DNA of 64,000 nucleotides from an uncultured Anaerolineales bacterium (GCA_964618295.1 CAZTWV010000004.1:10953-74952); one strand, 5' to 3'. Numbered from the stretch's first letter, positions 37,476-47,851 are shown. The notes: generated by a model from the letters alone, not told the origin. Made by a program: numbers and translations.

Positions 37476-38411
37476 ATGATAAAAAGAATCACAGTTCTGA
37501 TTGTTCTGGCCCTGCTCCTTTCTAGCTGCGGCTCACAGGTAGTTCAAGAGGTCTCAATGCGGGATGGTGGTCTGTCTTCAAATGCGGATTTCGCTGGTGA
37601 ATCTTTTGCGCCTGAAGCAGAGGAATCGATTACGCTTGATTCCAGTCTTAAAATGGAGAAATCCACGGCTGATCAGTCCAACCGTATTGTTATCAAGAAT
37701 GCAAATTTATCCATTGTGGTAGAAAAACCTGGAGAAACCATGGATGCAATCAGTGAACTAGCTGACGAACTGGGTGGTTTTGTGGTTTCTTCAAATCTTT
37801 TTCGGACCAATACAGAACGCGGTCTGGAAGTTCCCCAGGCAAATATCACGATCCGGGTTCCTGCAGAGAGTTTGGATCAGGCTCTGGAAGTTATCAAATC
37901 CGGCGCAGGACAAATCTTAAGTGAAAATGTAACCGGGCAGGATGTGACCCAGGAATATACAGACTTATCTTCCCGTTTGCGAAATCTGGAACGGGCAGAA
38001 GAACAGTTGTCCGAAATTATGAACGACGCATACCAGACAGAGGATGTTCTAAGTGTCTATAACCGGTTGGTAGAAGTTCAGCAGGAGATTGAATTAATCA
38101 AAGGTCAGATGCAGTATTATCAGCAGGCAGCTGCTCTTTCTGCAATTTCCGTCACCATTCAAGCCAACGAAGCAGTCCAACCGCTGCAAATTGGCGGATG
38201 GCAGCCGGTTGGGGTTGCTAAACGGGCAATCCAGTCCTTGATCAATACCCTGGAGTTCTTTGTTGATGCATTAATTTGGATCGTGCTGTACATTCTGCCG
38301 GTTGCCGTAATTTTATTTTTCCCGCTCCGCTGGATCTGGCGGGGGTTGAAGCGTTTATTCCGGGGAAACAAGAAAAAAGATAATCAGGAAAACAGCAGCG
38401 ATCCATCCTGA
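37476..38411 (+). CDS. Lipoprotein with coiled coil and C-terminal TM helices (DUF4349-like, tentative)
   Basis: Lipobox LLSSCG, central heptad-like region, and a hydrophobic C-terminus. Confidence 0.5.
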   Translation: MIKRITVLIVLALLLSSCGSQVVQEVSMRDGGLSSNADFAGESFAPEAEESITLDSSLKMEKSTADQSNRIVIKNANLSIVVEKPGETMDAISELADELGGFVVSSNLFRTNTERGLEVPQANITIRVPAESLDQALEVIKSGAGQILSENVTGQDVTQEYTDLSSRLRNLERAEEQLSEIMNDAYQTEDVLSVYNRLVEVQQEIELIKGQMQYYQQAAALSAISVTIQANEAVQPLQIGGWQPVGVAKRAIQSLINTLEFFVDALIWIVLYILPVAVILFFPLRWIWRGLKRLFRGNKKKDNQENSSDPS

Positions 38412-38516
38412 TCCGGGATTTTTTGTTGATGGGTAGTGAAAAGTCTGGCTTCAAACTATGAAGCCAGACTTTTTGATGGGATGATTAGCTGCCGCATCCA
38501 GTATAATGAGAAAACT

Positions 38517-39227
38517 ATGAGACAAATTGTTGAAGAAACTCAGGATTTGTTGGGAATTAAGCTCACTGATCATCAGTTATCTCAGCTGGAAACTTTTGCA
38601 GCGCAGCTGAGTGACTGGAATGAACGGTACAGCCTGACCGCAATTATTGAGCCCGACAAAGTCCGGGTCAAGCACTTCCTGGATTCCTTTTCCCCGTATC
38701 TGGTCTTGAAAGATTTTCACCCCCAAAAAATCATTGATATTGGTACGGGAGCTGGTTTTCCAGGTATTCCGCTGAAAATATTGTTGCCCCATCTCGAGCT
38801 CACCCTGGTGGACTCTGTGGCGAAAAAAGTGGAATTCTGTCAATATGCTGTTGATGAACTGGCGTTTAAGGATGTTTATGTGGTCCGGGGTCGGGTGGAA
38901 AAAATTGCTTGGGATGCCGATTTTCGGGAGCGGTATGATTTGGCTGTGTCCCGGGCTGTTGCTCATTTATCAACTTTGAGTGAATATTTACTGCCATTAG
39001 TTCGGGTAGGTGGGAGAATGCTGGCGATGAAGGGCGACCGGGGTCCACAGGAAGCGCAGCAAGCTGAGAATGCGATCCGGATCCTCGGTGGAGAGCTGGA
39101 ACAGATCCAGAAAGTAACCCTTCCTGGGGTAGTTGAAGATCGATATCTGATCGTGGTACACAAGAAAGCCGCTACTCCCGACAAATATCCCCGCCGGGTG
39201 GGAGTACCGGCAAAAAGACCGCTATAA
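38517..39227 (+). CDS. rsmG: 16S rRNA (guanine527-N7)-methyltransferase
   Basis: SAM motif DIGTGAGFPGIPLKI and the WNERYSLTAI pattern. The start is uncertain (ATG 38517 or upstream candidates). Confidence 0.85.
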   Translation: MRQIVEETQDLLGIKLTDHQLSQLETFAAQLSDWNERYSLTAIIEPDKVRVKHFLDSFSPYLVLKDFHPQKIIDIGTGAGFPGIPLKILLPHLELTLVDSVAKKVEFCQYAVDELAFKDVYVVRGRVEKIAWDADFRERYDLAVSRAVAHLSTLSEYLLPLVRVGGRMLAMKGDRGPQEAQQAENAIRILGGELEQIQKVTLPGVVEDRYLIVVHKKAATPDKYPRRVGVPAKRPL

Positions 39228-40430
39228 ATCCTGGATTTGGAGCTGACCGTTCTGAATCCGCCAGAAAGTTGACTGGGTTTGAAAATTTGCAGTGAATAAA
39301 GATAAATCCGTTGTGGTCAGCAGAGATTGTTCTGTTTGAGATAATCTTTCCAGCAGATCTTCACGCCGTAGATCATCTAACTCCGCCAGAACTTCATCCA
39401 GGAGCAGCACCGGCCAGAAGCCGGTTTTTTCTTTAAAGTAGGTAATTTCCGCCAGCTTGATGGACAGCAGTGCTGTCCGCACCTGGCCGCGCGATCCGTA
39501 TGTCCCCAGATCCAGGCTGTTGCTCAAGAAAATTAAATCATCCCTATGAGGTCCAATGGTGGTCACACCCCTTCTTATTTCCTCTGGACGGAGGGAAATA
39601 AGCGTTTCTCTGAAGTCCTTTTGAATATCTTCCAGGCTCAAACCACTTCGATCAAGCTGGTTTTCAAGCGGCAGTTCCAGCTGGTTGGCAGGTGAAGGGA
39701 GAGGTTCATACGCTGGTGCATACCGCAGGCGGAGTATTTCTGCGCCTCGGGTCAGCTCCTGATGAATTCCAGCAGCAATTTGTTCCAGTTCTTTCAGAGT
39801 TTGAATTCTGGAATGGATCAGGTAGCTTCCTGACTGGGTCAGGAGTTCATCCCAATAAGCGAGCTGGCCTGGATCGCCGTGATTCTCTTTGAGCTGTTTC
39901 AGAAGCGCGTTCCGTTGGGTGACAGCTTTTTTATAATCCGATAAGTGGTGATTGTAAATTGGATCAATTTGAGAGATTGTTAAGTTCAGATAATGCCGCC
40001 GCCGCCGGGGGCTCCCGGTGATAATCTGCAGCATGTGAGGCAGAAATAATACAGCGTTGAAATGTCCGATTACCTGATTGATTTTTCGTTCAACACCATC
40101 CAGCAGGATTTCTTTTCTGAGGGAAGTTCTGCCATTCTGGTTCTTATCGAGAATAATTCTGATTTCGAGATGATGGGAATCTGTCCCCCGGATGTAATCT
40201 GCGACAATTCTTGAGACTGCCAGCTGCTGATCTTGGATGTAAAAGTTAACCAATTCCTGGGTGTTAGTGGCCTGGAATGATTCCAGAGCGGACAGATAAT
40301 AGACGGCTTCCAGCAGGCTGGTTTTCCCCTGGGCATTGTCGCCAACCAGGATTAAGGATTTTTTTGGTATTTCTTGATCCAGACGGGAAAAAATCCTGAA
40401 ATCAGTTAGAGAAAGGTGAGTGAGATACAT
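39222..40430 (-). CDS. recF: DNA replication and repair protein RecF
   Basis: MYLTHLSLTDFRIF N-terminus, Walker A GDNAQGKTSLLEA, and the LLLDEV signature near the C-terminus. Confidence 0.9.
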   Translation of the reverse strand: MYLTHLSLTDFRIFSRLDQEIPKKSLILVGDNAQGKTSLLEAVYYLSALESFQATNTQELVNFYIQDQQLAVSRIVADYIRGTDSHHLEIRIILDKNQNGRTSLRKEILLDGVERKINQVIGHFNAVLFLPHMLQIITGSPRRRRHYLNLTISQIDPIYNHHLSDYKKAVTQRNALLKQLKENHGDPGQLAYWDELLTQSGSYLIHSRIQTLKELEQIAAGIHQELTRGAEILRLRYAPAYEPLPSPANQLELPLENQLDRSGLSLEDIQKDFRETLISLRPEEIRRGVTTIGPHRDDLIFLSNSLDLGTYGSRGQVRTALLSIKLAEITYFKEKTGFWPVLLLDEVLAELDDLRREDLLERLSQTEQSLLTTTDLSLFTANFQTQSTFWRIQNGQLQIQDL

Positions 40431-40435
40431 GCGAG

Positions 40436-40936
40436 CTAGACAGGATCGAAGTCTTCATCCGGCTTCCAGACCTGTGTTGCCCGGTCTGTGTAAAGGATGC
40501 CGTTAAGATGATCAATTTCGTGCTGGAATACTCGGGCTAACCATCCTTCCGGATGCAGTATCACCGGGCTGCCGGTGCGGTCCTTGCCTTCGACCGTTAC
40601 CTGATAGGCTCGTTCCACTTCACCCATTAAACCAGGGATGGAGAGACAACCCTCAGCTCCGAGCACCACATCGGTGGAAAAACGTGTGATTTTTGGGTTT
40701 ACCAGAATGTACAGCTCAGGCGGAAGCTCTTCATCCTCTTCGCTTCCAAATTCAATCACTATCACCTGTTGGGAAACATTCACCTGGGGAGCCGCTAAGC
40801 CTACACCGGATTCCATCCGCATGGTTTCGATCATGTCGTCAATCAGCTCCTGCAGCTCTGGACCAAAATCACGAACCGGCTCAGATTTTTTACGCAGGGT
40901 AGGATGGGGAACTAAAATCACTTCACGGGCGGGCAT
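40436..40936 (-). CDS. def: Peptide deformylase
   Basis: Motifs GLAAPQV, EGCLS and HEIDHL. Confidence 0.95.
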   Translation of the reverse strand: MPAREVILVPHPTLRKKSEPVRDFGPELQELIDDMIETMRMESGVGLAAPQVNVSQQVIVIEFGSEEDEELPPELYILVNPKITRFSTDVVLGAEGCLSIPGLMGEVERAYQVTVEGKDRTGSPVILHPEGWLARVFQHEIDHLNGILYTDRATQVWKPDEDFDPV

Positions 40937-40962
40937 AACAATAACTTCTCCTCAAAAAAATC

Positions 40963-42723
40963 TTACTCAGGTGGAGATGATAATTTTGTGGTCTGATCCG
41001 GATCACTTTGACTTTCCTCGTGGTAAGCCGCTAAAAATTCTACCATATCATCCCGGCGGCGTTGAGACTCTTCCGCTTCGAGACGTTTTATCGCCCCATT
41101 ATAGCGTTCAAATAATTCATTTTGGACAGATTTTGGATGAGCGACATCCTCAAAATCTAGCCTGATATCTCCCACATTAATTGCGACAGTTCCGAAATCA
41201 AATAACCGTTGAACGATATTTTCCCGGCTGTAATCCAGGCTGAGGATGTTTTCCAGAAGCGCAGACCTTTTTGTTTCTCGGCCGAAGGGTGAACGGTCAA
41301 GGTCGATAATTTGCTGGTCGGTAATCTGGAATCGGTCATTGGCCCAATCGGCAAATACATATCCTAATCCCATCAAGGTTGCACCAGTCAGGATCGCCAG
41401 GATGGCGAAGGAAGGAATGGAAAGCAGGTTTACAAGGCGGGCAAAAACTACAGCTATTTCAAGTACCAGGGCCATCCAGAGCCACCAGGAATTTCTGAGC
41501 AGGATAAATTTATGTTTTCGGTAGTTGATGACCCCATCCAGCTCATACCGGGCCCGGAAAAGGTTGAGGAATTCCTGCAGGGGGGTGATCGTCTCAGTTA
41601 CCTGGGGGCTGGCTGGAATTCCGGCCGGAAGTGAATCGTCAAGTTTCCCTTCCGGGCTCAGTTCGTTGTCCTGCATTCCCAGTCGGGTCCGGATCGTTTC
41701 ACCGATCTGGGAGATTTCTGAGTGCTTGGCTTTTTCTTTGGCCAGTCGTTGGGTTTCAAGGATAATTTCCAGCAGAACCTGGGGGTAGGCGGAGTTGCGC
41801 ATAGGCATGTTGCCAGTGTAGGTTCGGATGATCACATCTCCATAGCCAAAAATCCGTTGAATTTGATTCGTTGATTTGTTAACTGAGAGAACAGACTGCA
41901 GGGGGACTTCTCGGCGCTGGTCATGAAGCCAGAGTACTTTTTCAACCCAGGCAACCCGTTGATTGGAGACCAGATAAAAATCATTTCCCCAGTCTAACCA
42001 GTACCAGTAAACCCAGCCTCCAAATAAAATTCCGGTGATAGGAAGAAAAATCCAGCGGTTAAACCCCAGTAGAAATGACAGCACGAGAGCTGCAATTAGA
42101 AATAACACTGGAAATCCCAGGCGACCATAGAAGGTGTTGAGGTGTTTTCTAGAGATAAAGCGGAGATATTCGTCATCTCCCAACCAGGGAAATGGATAAT
42201 TTTTTTGGAGAATCCTGCTCTTGTTTACAGCCTGAAGTTTGCTTTTGAGCTCCGGATATGCTTTTAAGATTGCCTCAAAACCTCTCTTATTGACAGCGGC
42301 CAGTTCAGTATGCTCTTTAGCTTTGGCCGTATTGGTCCGCAGTGCATTTTTCAACAGGTCTGTGTTCCCAAAATGTTCTCTGATGCGAATCCTTCTGGAA
42401 GAACCAGAAGGATCTGTCAAATGAATTGCTCCTTCCATGATCAGAAAAAAATTCCGGGCCGGGAATCCCTCTCTGTAAAGAACCTCTCCAGGCTCCAGTG
42501 TAATTGGCTGGAAGAGCGGAAGCAGCTGCCCAAGCTCGTCGTCAGAAAGTGAACTGAACAGATAGTGAGTACGTAAAAATTCGAATACAGCTTTGGAGTT
42601 CATAATTGCCTGGGTGTCCTTATTTGTTAACTCTAATTTTAACATAAGCTCTTCAAGCGGCATGTCCACATTGAAAAACGTATTTCCGGTGGGATGATCC
42701 AGGAGATTGATTGTCCTTAACAA
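40963..42723 (-). CDS. Membrane protein: cyclic-nucleotide-binding domain fused to two bPH (YdbT/DUF304-like) membrane modules
   Basis: CAP_ED-like region (GEVLYREGFPARNFFLIMEGAIHL...FGNTDLL). Two units of TM hairpin plus PH-like segment. TTG 42723 or ATG 42663 start. Confidence 0.65.
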   Translation of the reverse strand: MLRTINLLDHPTGNTFFNVDMPLEELMLKLELTNKDTQAIMNSKAVFEFLRTHYLFSSLSDDELGQLLPLFQPITLEPGEVLYREGFPARNFFLIMEGAIHLTDPSGSSRRIRIREHFGNTDLLKNALRTNTAKAKEHTELAAVNKRGFEAILKAYPELKSKLQAVNKSRILQKNYPFPWLGDDEYLRFISRKHLNTFYGRLGFPVLFLIAALVLSFLLGFNRWIFLPITGILFGGWVYWYWLDWGNDFYLVSNQRVAWVEKVLWLHDQRREVPLQSVLSVNKSTNQIQRIFGYGDVIIRTYTGNMPMRNSAYPQVLLEIILETQRLAKEKAKHSEISQIGETIRTRLGMQDNELSPEGKLDDSLPAGIPASPQVTETITPLQEFLNLFRARYELDGVINYRKHKFILLRNSWWLWMALVLEIAVVFARLVNLLSIPSFAILAILTGATLMGLGYVFADWANDRFQITDQQIIDLDRSPFGRETKRSALLENILSLDYSRENIVQRLFDFGTVAINVGDIRLDFEDVAHPKSVQNELFERYNGAIKRLEAEESQRRRDDMVEFLAAYHEESQSDPDQTTKLSSPPE

Positions 42724-42793
42724 GCAGCCATAGAAAAGCTATTGATGATAGAATAGGGACGAAGTTTTTATCTCAAATTAAGGAGCAAGTTTT

Positions 42794-44254
42794 ATGCCCA
42801 TCTATTTTGGAACCGATGGTTGGCGGGCGGTTATCTCTGATACCTTTACTTTTCACAATTTACGACTGGTGACTCAAGCAATTGCGGATGCAGTTCATTC
42901 TGGACACTGGGTCAGTGAATCCGAGGTAAAGGAGGGGGTGGATCCTAAGAAGTTTGTAGTTGGTTTTGATACGAGATTCCTGTCAGACCGTTATGCCCGG
43001 GATGTGGCCAGGGTGCTGGCAGCGAATGGATACACAGTGCTCCTGACCCAGGCAGATGCATCCACGCCGGCTATCTCATATTCGGTCAAGAAGTTAGGTG
43101 CTGTCGGTGGAATTGTGATCACAGCATCTCATAACGCTCCCAGATATAATGGTCTGAAGCTCAAAGCTTCGACCGGGAGTGCTGCTTCCAGTGAGCAGAG
43201 CAGAAGAGTTGAAATCTACCTGAATGACAACCAGGAAAGGGGCCGGGGACCGAATTTGATGGATTGGAACCAGGCTGTTGATTCCGGTTTGATTCATCGC
43301 TTTAATCCAATCCCGGACTATTTCCAACATTTACGCTCATTGATAAATTTTGATGCGATTGCAGAAAACCCGCCCCTGGTTGTTGTGGATTCGATGCATG
43401 GATCTGGAAGAGGGTTGATAAAGGGGATTTTACAGGGAACAGGATGCGAGGTGGTGGAAATTCGCGGCGAGATGAATCCGGGTTTTGGGGGAGCTCATCC
43501 TGAGCCGATTGGCCGTCACCTGGGTGCTCTGGCAGGGGCGATCAGCACTGGAATGGGAAACCTGGGTTTAGCCCTGGATGGAGATGGAGATCGGATTGGT
43601 GCAATGGATGAGCGCGGAAATTTTGTAGATCCGCATAAGATTATGGCCTTATCCCTGCAGTACTTGATTGAAGAAAGAGGCTGGAGGGGACCGGCGGTCC
43701 GCACAGTCTCAACTACCCGGATGATCGATAGGCTGGCTGCGGAGTATGATCTTCCAGTTTATGAAACCCCGGTCGGTTTTAATCATATTGCTGAATACAT
43801 GATGACAGAAGATATTTTAATTGGTGGAGAGGAGTCAGGAGGGATCTGCTTTCGGGGACACATCCCAGAAGGTGATGGGGTGTTGATGGGGTTGCTGCTG
43901 GTTGAAATGGTTGCGGTCTCCGGAAAATCATTATATGAGTTGGTAAACAAGCTGCTGGAAAAGGTAGGTCCAGCCTTTTATGAGAGGAAGGACCAGCGTT
44001 TGCAGTACCCGGTGGAAAAGAAGCAGATGGTTTCCCATTTGGTTGAACAGGCGCCAGCAGAAATTGGCGGTATCCCAGTTCGGGAAGTGATGACCACAGA
44101 TGGAGTCAAATTTATTCTCGAAGACGATTCCTGGCTGTTGATCCGACCTTCAGGTACTGAGCCAGTCCTTCGAGTTTATGCAGAGGGAAGAAGTGAAGAA
44201 ATCGTTCGTTCGCTGCTGGAATTTGGAGAAAAAGTAGCCAATCAAGTAACCTGA
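42794..44254 (+). CDS. Phosphoglucomutase/phosphomannomutase family protein
   Basis: Active-site loop TASHNAPRYNGLK and Mg site DGDGDR. AAGGAG RBS. Confidence 0.9.
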   Translation: MPIYFGTDGWRAVISDTFTFHNLRLVTQAIADAVHSGHWVSESEVKEGVDPKKFVVGFDTRFLSDRYARDVARVLAANGYTVLLTQADASTPAISYSVKKLGAVGGIVITASHNAPRYNGLKLKASTGSAASSEQSRRVEIYLNDNQERGRGPNLMDWNQAVDSGLIHRFNPIPDYFQHLRSLINFDAIAENPPLVVVDSMHGSGRGLIKGILQGTGCEVVEIRGEMNPGFGGAHPEPIGRHLGALAGAISTGMGNLGLALDGDGDRIGAMDERGNFVDPHKIMALSLQYLIEERGWRGPAVRTVSTTRMIDRLAAEYDLPVYETPVGFNHIAEYMMTEDILIGGEESGGICFRGHIPEGDGVLMGLLLVEMVAVSGKSLYELVNKLLEKVGPAFYERKDQRLQYPVEKKQMVSHLVEQAPAEIGGIPVREVMTTDGVKFILEDDSWLLIRPSGTEPVLRVYAEGRSEEIVRSLLEFGEKVANQVT

Positions 44255-44282
44255 AAATTTCACCGGGATTCCTGGAGATAAG

Positions 44283-44317
44283 AAACCACCCGCAAAGCTG
44301 TTTTTGCGGGTGGTTTT
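44283..44317. terminator. Bidirectional Rho-independent terminator
   Basis: 14-bp stem AAACCACCCGCAAA / TTTGCGGGTGGTTT between convergent genes. Confidence 0.85.
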
Positions 44318-44345
44318 GATATCAGGCAGGTGATGAGGATTGAGG

Positions 44346-44948
44346 TCAGTTTGGCGCGGAGCGCAGCCTGCGGCTGAGAATGATAACCGCAACCAGTACT
44401 GCAGCAAGCAGTAATTGAGTTGGCGCCCCAAAATCATCCCCAAATCCGGTATCAGGCAGGGCGGTTGCGGTGGCGATAGGTGTACTTTCCTCCCCACCCG
44501 CTTGCTGGGTCAGGAGGGCAGCCACAGTTTGGGTAGCCGGATCCGGTGTGGGAGACTCCGAGACAGGTGTATTCGTTGGAGCCACAACTGGAGTGTTTGT
44601 CGTGGTCGCCGTTGGCAGGGGAGTCTCTGTTGGAGGGAGTGTGGCGGTGTTTGTGGGGGTTAGAGTTGCCTGTTTTGCAATTGCAGTTTGCTGGCTTTGT
44701 TCCGCAATAGCCGTATTGGTAGCATTAATTGCTGCAACCTGGGTTTGCTGGTTTGTATCCCTCCCGGGCAGAATGACAACGGCATAAGCTGCAATTGCTA
44801 TTAATGCCAGAAGTAAAATTCCACCGAGAATACCAGCGACGATTAAAAAGGTCCGGTTTGAACTGGCCCCGGAGGCAACAGTCTCGTCGGAATCAAATTC
44901 TTCGAATTCCAAATCGTCCAGATCATCAAAATCGTTCATCATACCCAT
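44346..44948 (-). CDS. Thr/Pro/Ala-rich surface protein with acidic N-terminus, TM helix and C-terminal LPXTG-type sorting signal
   Basis: C-terminus LPDTG, then a hydrophobic stretch (LLLAAVLVAVIIL), then a basic tail (SRRLRSAPN). N-terminus DFDDLDDLEFEEFDSDE followed by a TM helix. Confidence 0.7.
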   Translation of the reverse strand: MGMMNDFDDLDDLEFEEFDSDETVASGASSNRTFLIVAGILGGILLLALIAIAAYAVVILPGRDTNQQTQVAAINATNTAIAEQSQQTAIAKQATLTPTNTATLPPTETPLPTATTTNTPVVAPTNTPVSESPTPDPATQTVAALLTQQAGGEESTPIATATALPDTGFGDDFGAPTQLLLAAVLVAVIILSRRLRSAPN

Positions 44949-44995
44949 ATCTAACTCCTCTGTCTATCCTGCTGATATCATCAGGTAAACTTTGT

Positions 44996-46081
44996 TTACA
45001 CTTCTTGCTGAATGATCACTCTCAGATTTTTTTGTGGTAGAACTACGTTTGATTCCTTTGGAATTGAAACTTCAACAGCTTGATCCTTGACCCCGCTGGG
45101 GAAAGTATATCCTGATCCCAGAATGGTCTCAACCCTCCCGATTTTTGATATGTGGGGGCCACTGATAATCATTACCTGTTGCCCGGGTGCGAGCTCCACG
45201 ATTTCCTGGGGAGGTTCTGCATCACGTTGACTGGGCAGGGAAATAATCACCTCTGGAAAAACGCCTTGGTAAAGATCATATTTTTGGGCGTTGAGAGCGA
45301 TATTCCGATCCCGATTGGAGACCAATATATTCTTGGACAACGTGTTCATTGGTTTCGATCCGAACTCATCAAGAACGATGATTGGGTACGGCATCTGGCG
45401 TGCTGTTGGAATCAGGGATGGTGACATACTGGCTAAAACCAGCCCTTTAATGGGTGTTGCTTCCGCTGTCTTTAAAACTTCAGGGTTGGTGCAGAAACCG
45501 GCGATCAGCACTGATCCCCGGAAGCTGATGTTTACATCTTCTGGGTGAAGTTCCCGGTTAAGTTCATTGTCAATGGGTTGGCTTACCCCGTAAGCAATCC
45601 TCCCATTACCCCAAACCCCTTGAATCAGGGTTCCTTTTGTTTCGAGGATTGCACCTCTCTCAGGGATAATGGTTGTGACTGTTCCATCTAACCCTGCCTG
45701 GAGATCCTGATCACTGGCAACCATCTCGTAGAGTACTTTCCCGTCTCCCGCAATCCGGATTACTCCATTACCAGGAGCGCGAACAACCCGCTGGAACAAA
45801 CCTACCGGTCCTGCAATTACATCACCTTCAGTTAATTCATCTCCAGATTGGCGCTGGAGAAATTCATCCGCCTTTTCAGGATTGACGTTTAATCCTTTGG
45901 CAATATCCATCAGAACATAACTGGGTGCTACTGGAGCAGAAACGATCACATCGCTGGGTGTAACTTTCTGCATCCGGCGGGTCAAAACTTGACCAGGAAC
46001 AGGTAGGACCCGTTCCCGCCGGATGTTGACTAGAGGATGAATTTGTTTAACTTTAGTTATCATATATGACTCTTCGATCAA
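44996..46081 (-). CDS. Hypothetical protein (361 aa) with KOW-like C-terminal stretch
   Basis: TTG 46081 or ATG 46063 start. GQQVMIISGPHISKIGRV is KOW-like. 6-nt gap to the upstream ATPase gene. Confidence 0.55.
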   Translation of the reverse strand: MIEESYMITKVKQIHPLVNIRRERVLPVPGQVLTRRMQKVTPSDVIVSAPVAPSYVLMDIAKGLNVNPEKADEFLQRQSGDELTEGDVIAGPVGLFQRVVRAPGNGVIRIAGDGKVLYEMVASDQDLQAGLDGTVTTIIPERGAILETKGTLIQGVWGNGRIAYGVSQPIDNELNRELHPEDVNISFRGSVLIAGFCTNPEVLKTAEATPIKGLVLASMSPSLIPTARQMPYPIIVLDEFGSKPMNTLSKNILVSNRDRNIALNAQKYDLYQGVFPEVIISLPSQRDAEPPQEIVELAPGQQVMIISGPHISKIGRVETILGSGYTFPSGVKDQAVEVSIPKESNVVLPQKNLRVIIQQEV

Positions 46082-46087
46082 TTTGCT

Positions 46088-47848
46088 TCAGCCCAGCTTC
46101 TGGAGCATTTTTCGCCAACTGGCATTACGAGCAACATTCTTTTTCATCTCCGAAGAAAATTGGAGAGGTCTGCCCCTGGCATCAATGATCACTCCCAGAA
46201 CACCGCCAACAGCATTCACTTTCCCGGATTTTCCAGAGCCGCCCATACCAATGTCAAAGCGATGGAAAGGACGGAGGTGAAGTGAGACCTTTTCTCCGGT
46301 TTCAACCGGCAAGGGCACGATTGTACCGAATTTAATATCCCGGGTACTGGTTCTGCCGTCCGCCCGGCTGAGAGTCACCCGGAGGATCGGTGTCCCTATC
46401 CGCGCTGTTCCAACTGGTGCAATAACTGTGCCCAAATTCAGGAAAGTGCTGGATTCAATGATTTGGACTGTCAGAAGCGGGTTTCTTTCGCTGATTGCAC
46501 CGAGGAATGAAAGCATATTATTTTGATCAAGTGCGAGGGTGGTTACCCCGGTGGGTTGAAGTCCATCGAGCAATATATTGAAACTCTCCAGGTAGCTGGG
46601 AGCTTCAGTCAGGACTTTTCCAGCTCCAATAATCGGTTCAACAGGCGGGAGTAATTTACCTCCGCTGTTTTTCGCTTTAAGATTAAAGGCGGGAAGGCTT
46701 CGCTGAACAGCAATGGAGAATGCCTGCTTCGCCAGGGCGTGTTCAATCGCCAGCTGGTCAGGTTCTGAAGGAATGATTTCTGGATTTACAGATTTATTGA
46801 AGATATAGTTTTCAATTTCCTGGGCAGTGATCGGTACAGCTAACCAGCGTTGGATATCAAAGAGGGAAGACTCTTCCAGGATACCTCTGGCTCCTGACCC
46901 AATACCCAGGTGGGGATAAACTTTTAGGACTTCTTCTCCGGAAAATCCTCCCGCTAGAACAGTGTTTTGTGATCCAAGATCGACACCTAAGACCCCTTTT
47001 TCCGGCTCGTATTTTTGGCTGAGAAATTTAATAGCCCGACCTAAACCGGCCGCTGAGGAAGTAAAATGTCCGTTTGTCCAGGAGAGCAGTTCCCGGATTC
47101 CTCCGGTTTGCTGGAGGCGGATTTGATTGTAAACTTCACTGATGGTTTTTTGAGCGGGAAAGAGCTGTTCTTCACCAAGTAAAGGCAGGATATTCGCAGT
47201 AATGTGAAGTTTACTGATTTTTTCCAGACTGGTTTTAACTTCATCTTGAAGGTCTTTATTTCCGGCAAAGATAATCTGGGGCTTTTGGTTTTTTTCAATT
47301 AGGTAACTTGCGAGACCTACTAACTCCAGCATTGTCAGGATCGATCTTGTGGCCCCACCGTTAGTTCCACCTGTGAGAATGATCAGATCCGGTCGAATTG
47401 ATGTGATTAAGTTGATCCTATCAGATGGCGTTCTCTGATCGTTGAGGGATATTCTGCTGACAATTTCGGAATAGGTGGTTTCAGCAAGATGTTGGGCGTG
47501 TTTCAGAGAAACATCATCCAGCAAACCTACGATAACCGTCTGCAAGGGGGGACCTGCTGACATGGTGGCGACCATTATGTCTACCCCTTCATTATCAGAT
47601 GTGCTGGGAATGATCAATCCGCCTTCTTTGCTGATGAACATCCTTTCTGTGTATGTTTGGAGATTTTCGATTGCTCTCCAAATACCTTCTGTAGCATCAA
47701 AAAAAGGTGCCCCGGATGTAGTTGGAGAAGTCCCTCGACCAACAAAACGGTATCGTCCACTGACGACGTCAAAAAACATCACCCGGGTTTGGGTGCTGCC
47801 AATATCAACTGCGAGTACGGAATGAGGTCCTGTTGTGTTTGTATTCAT
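46088..47848 (-). CDS. GlmL/MutL-like ASKHA (actin-fold) ATPase, 586 aa
   Basis: Phosphate-binding motifs VLAVDIGSTQTRV and VLGVDLGSQNTVL. DLIILTGGTNGG resembles the glutamate-mutase accessory GlmL family. Confidence 0.6.
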   Translation of the reverse strand: MNTNTTGPHSVLAVDIGSTQTRVMFFDVVSGRYRFVGRGTSPTTSGAPFFDATEGIWRAIENLQTYTERMFISKEGGLIIPSTSDNEGVDIMVATMSAGPPLQTVIVGLLDDVSLKHAQHLAETTYSEIVSRISLNDQRTPSDRINLITSIRPDLIILTGGTNGGATRSILTMLELVGLASYLIEKNQKPQIIFAGNKDLQDEVKTSLEKISKLHITANILPLLGEEQLFPAQKTISEVYNQIRLQQTGGIRELLSWTNGHFTSSAAGLGRAIKFLSQKYEPEKGVLGVDLGSQNTVLAGGFSGEEVLKVYPHLGIGSGARGILEESSLFDIQRWLAVPITAQEIENYIFNKSVNPEIIPSEPDQLAIEHALAKQAFSIAVQRSLPAFNLKAKNSGGKLLPPVEPIIGAGKVLTEAPSYLESFNILLDGLQPTGVTTLALDQNNMLSFLGAISERNPLLTVQIIESSTFLNLGTVIAPVGTARIGTPILRVTLSRADGRTSTRDIKFGTIVPLPVETGEKVSLHLRPFHRFDIGMGGSGKSGKVNAVGGVLGVIIDARGRPLQFSSEMKKNVARNASWRKMLQKLG

Positions 47849-47851
47849 GAT

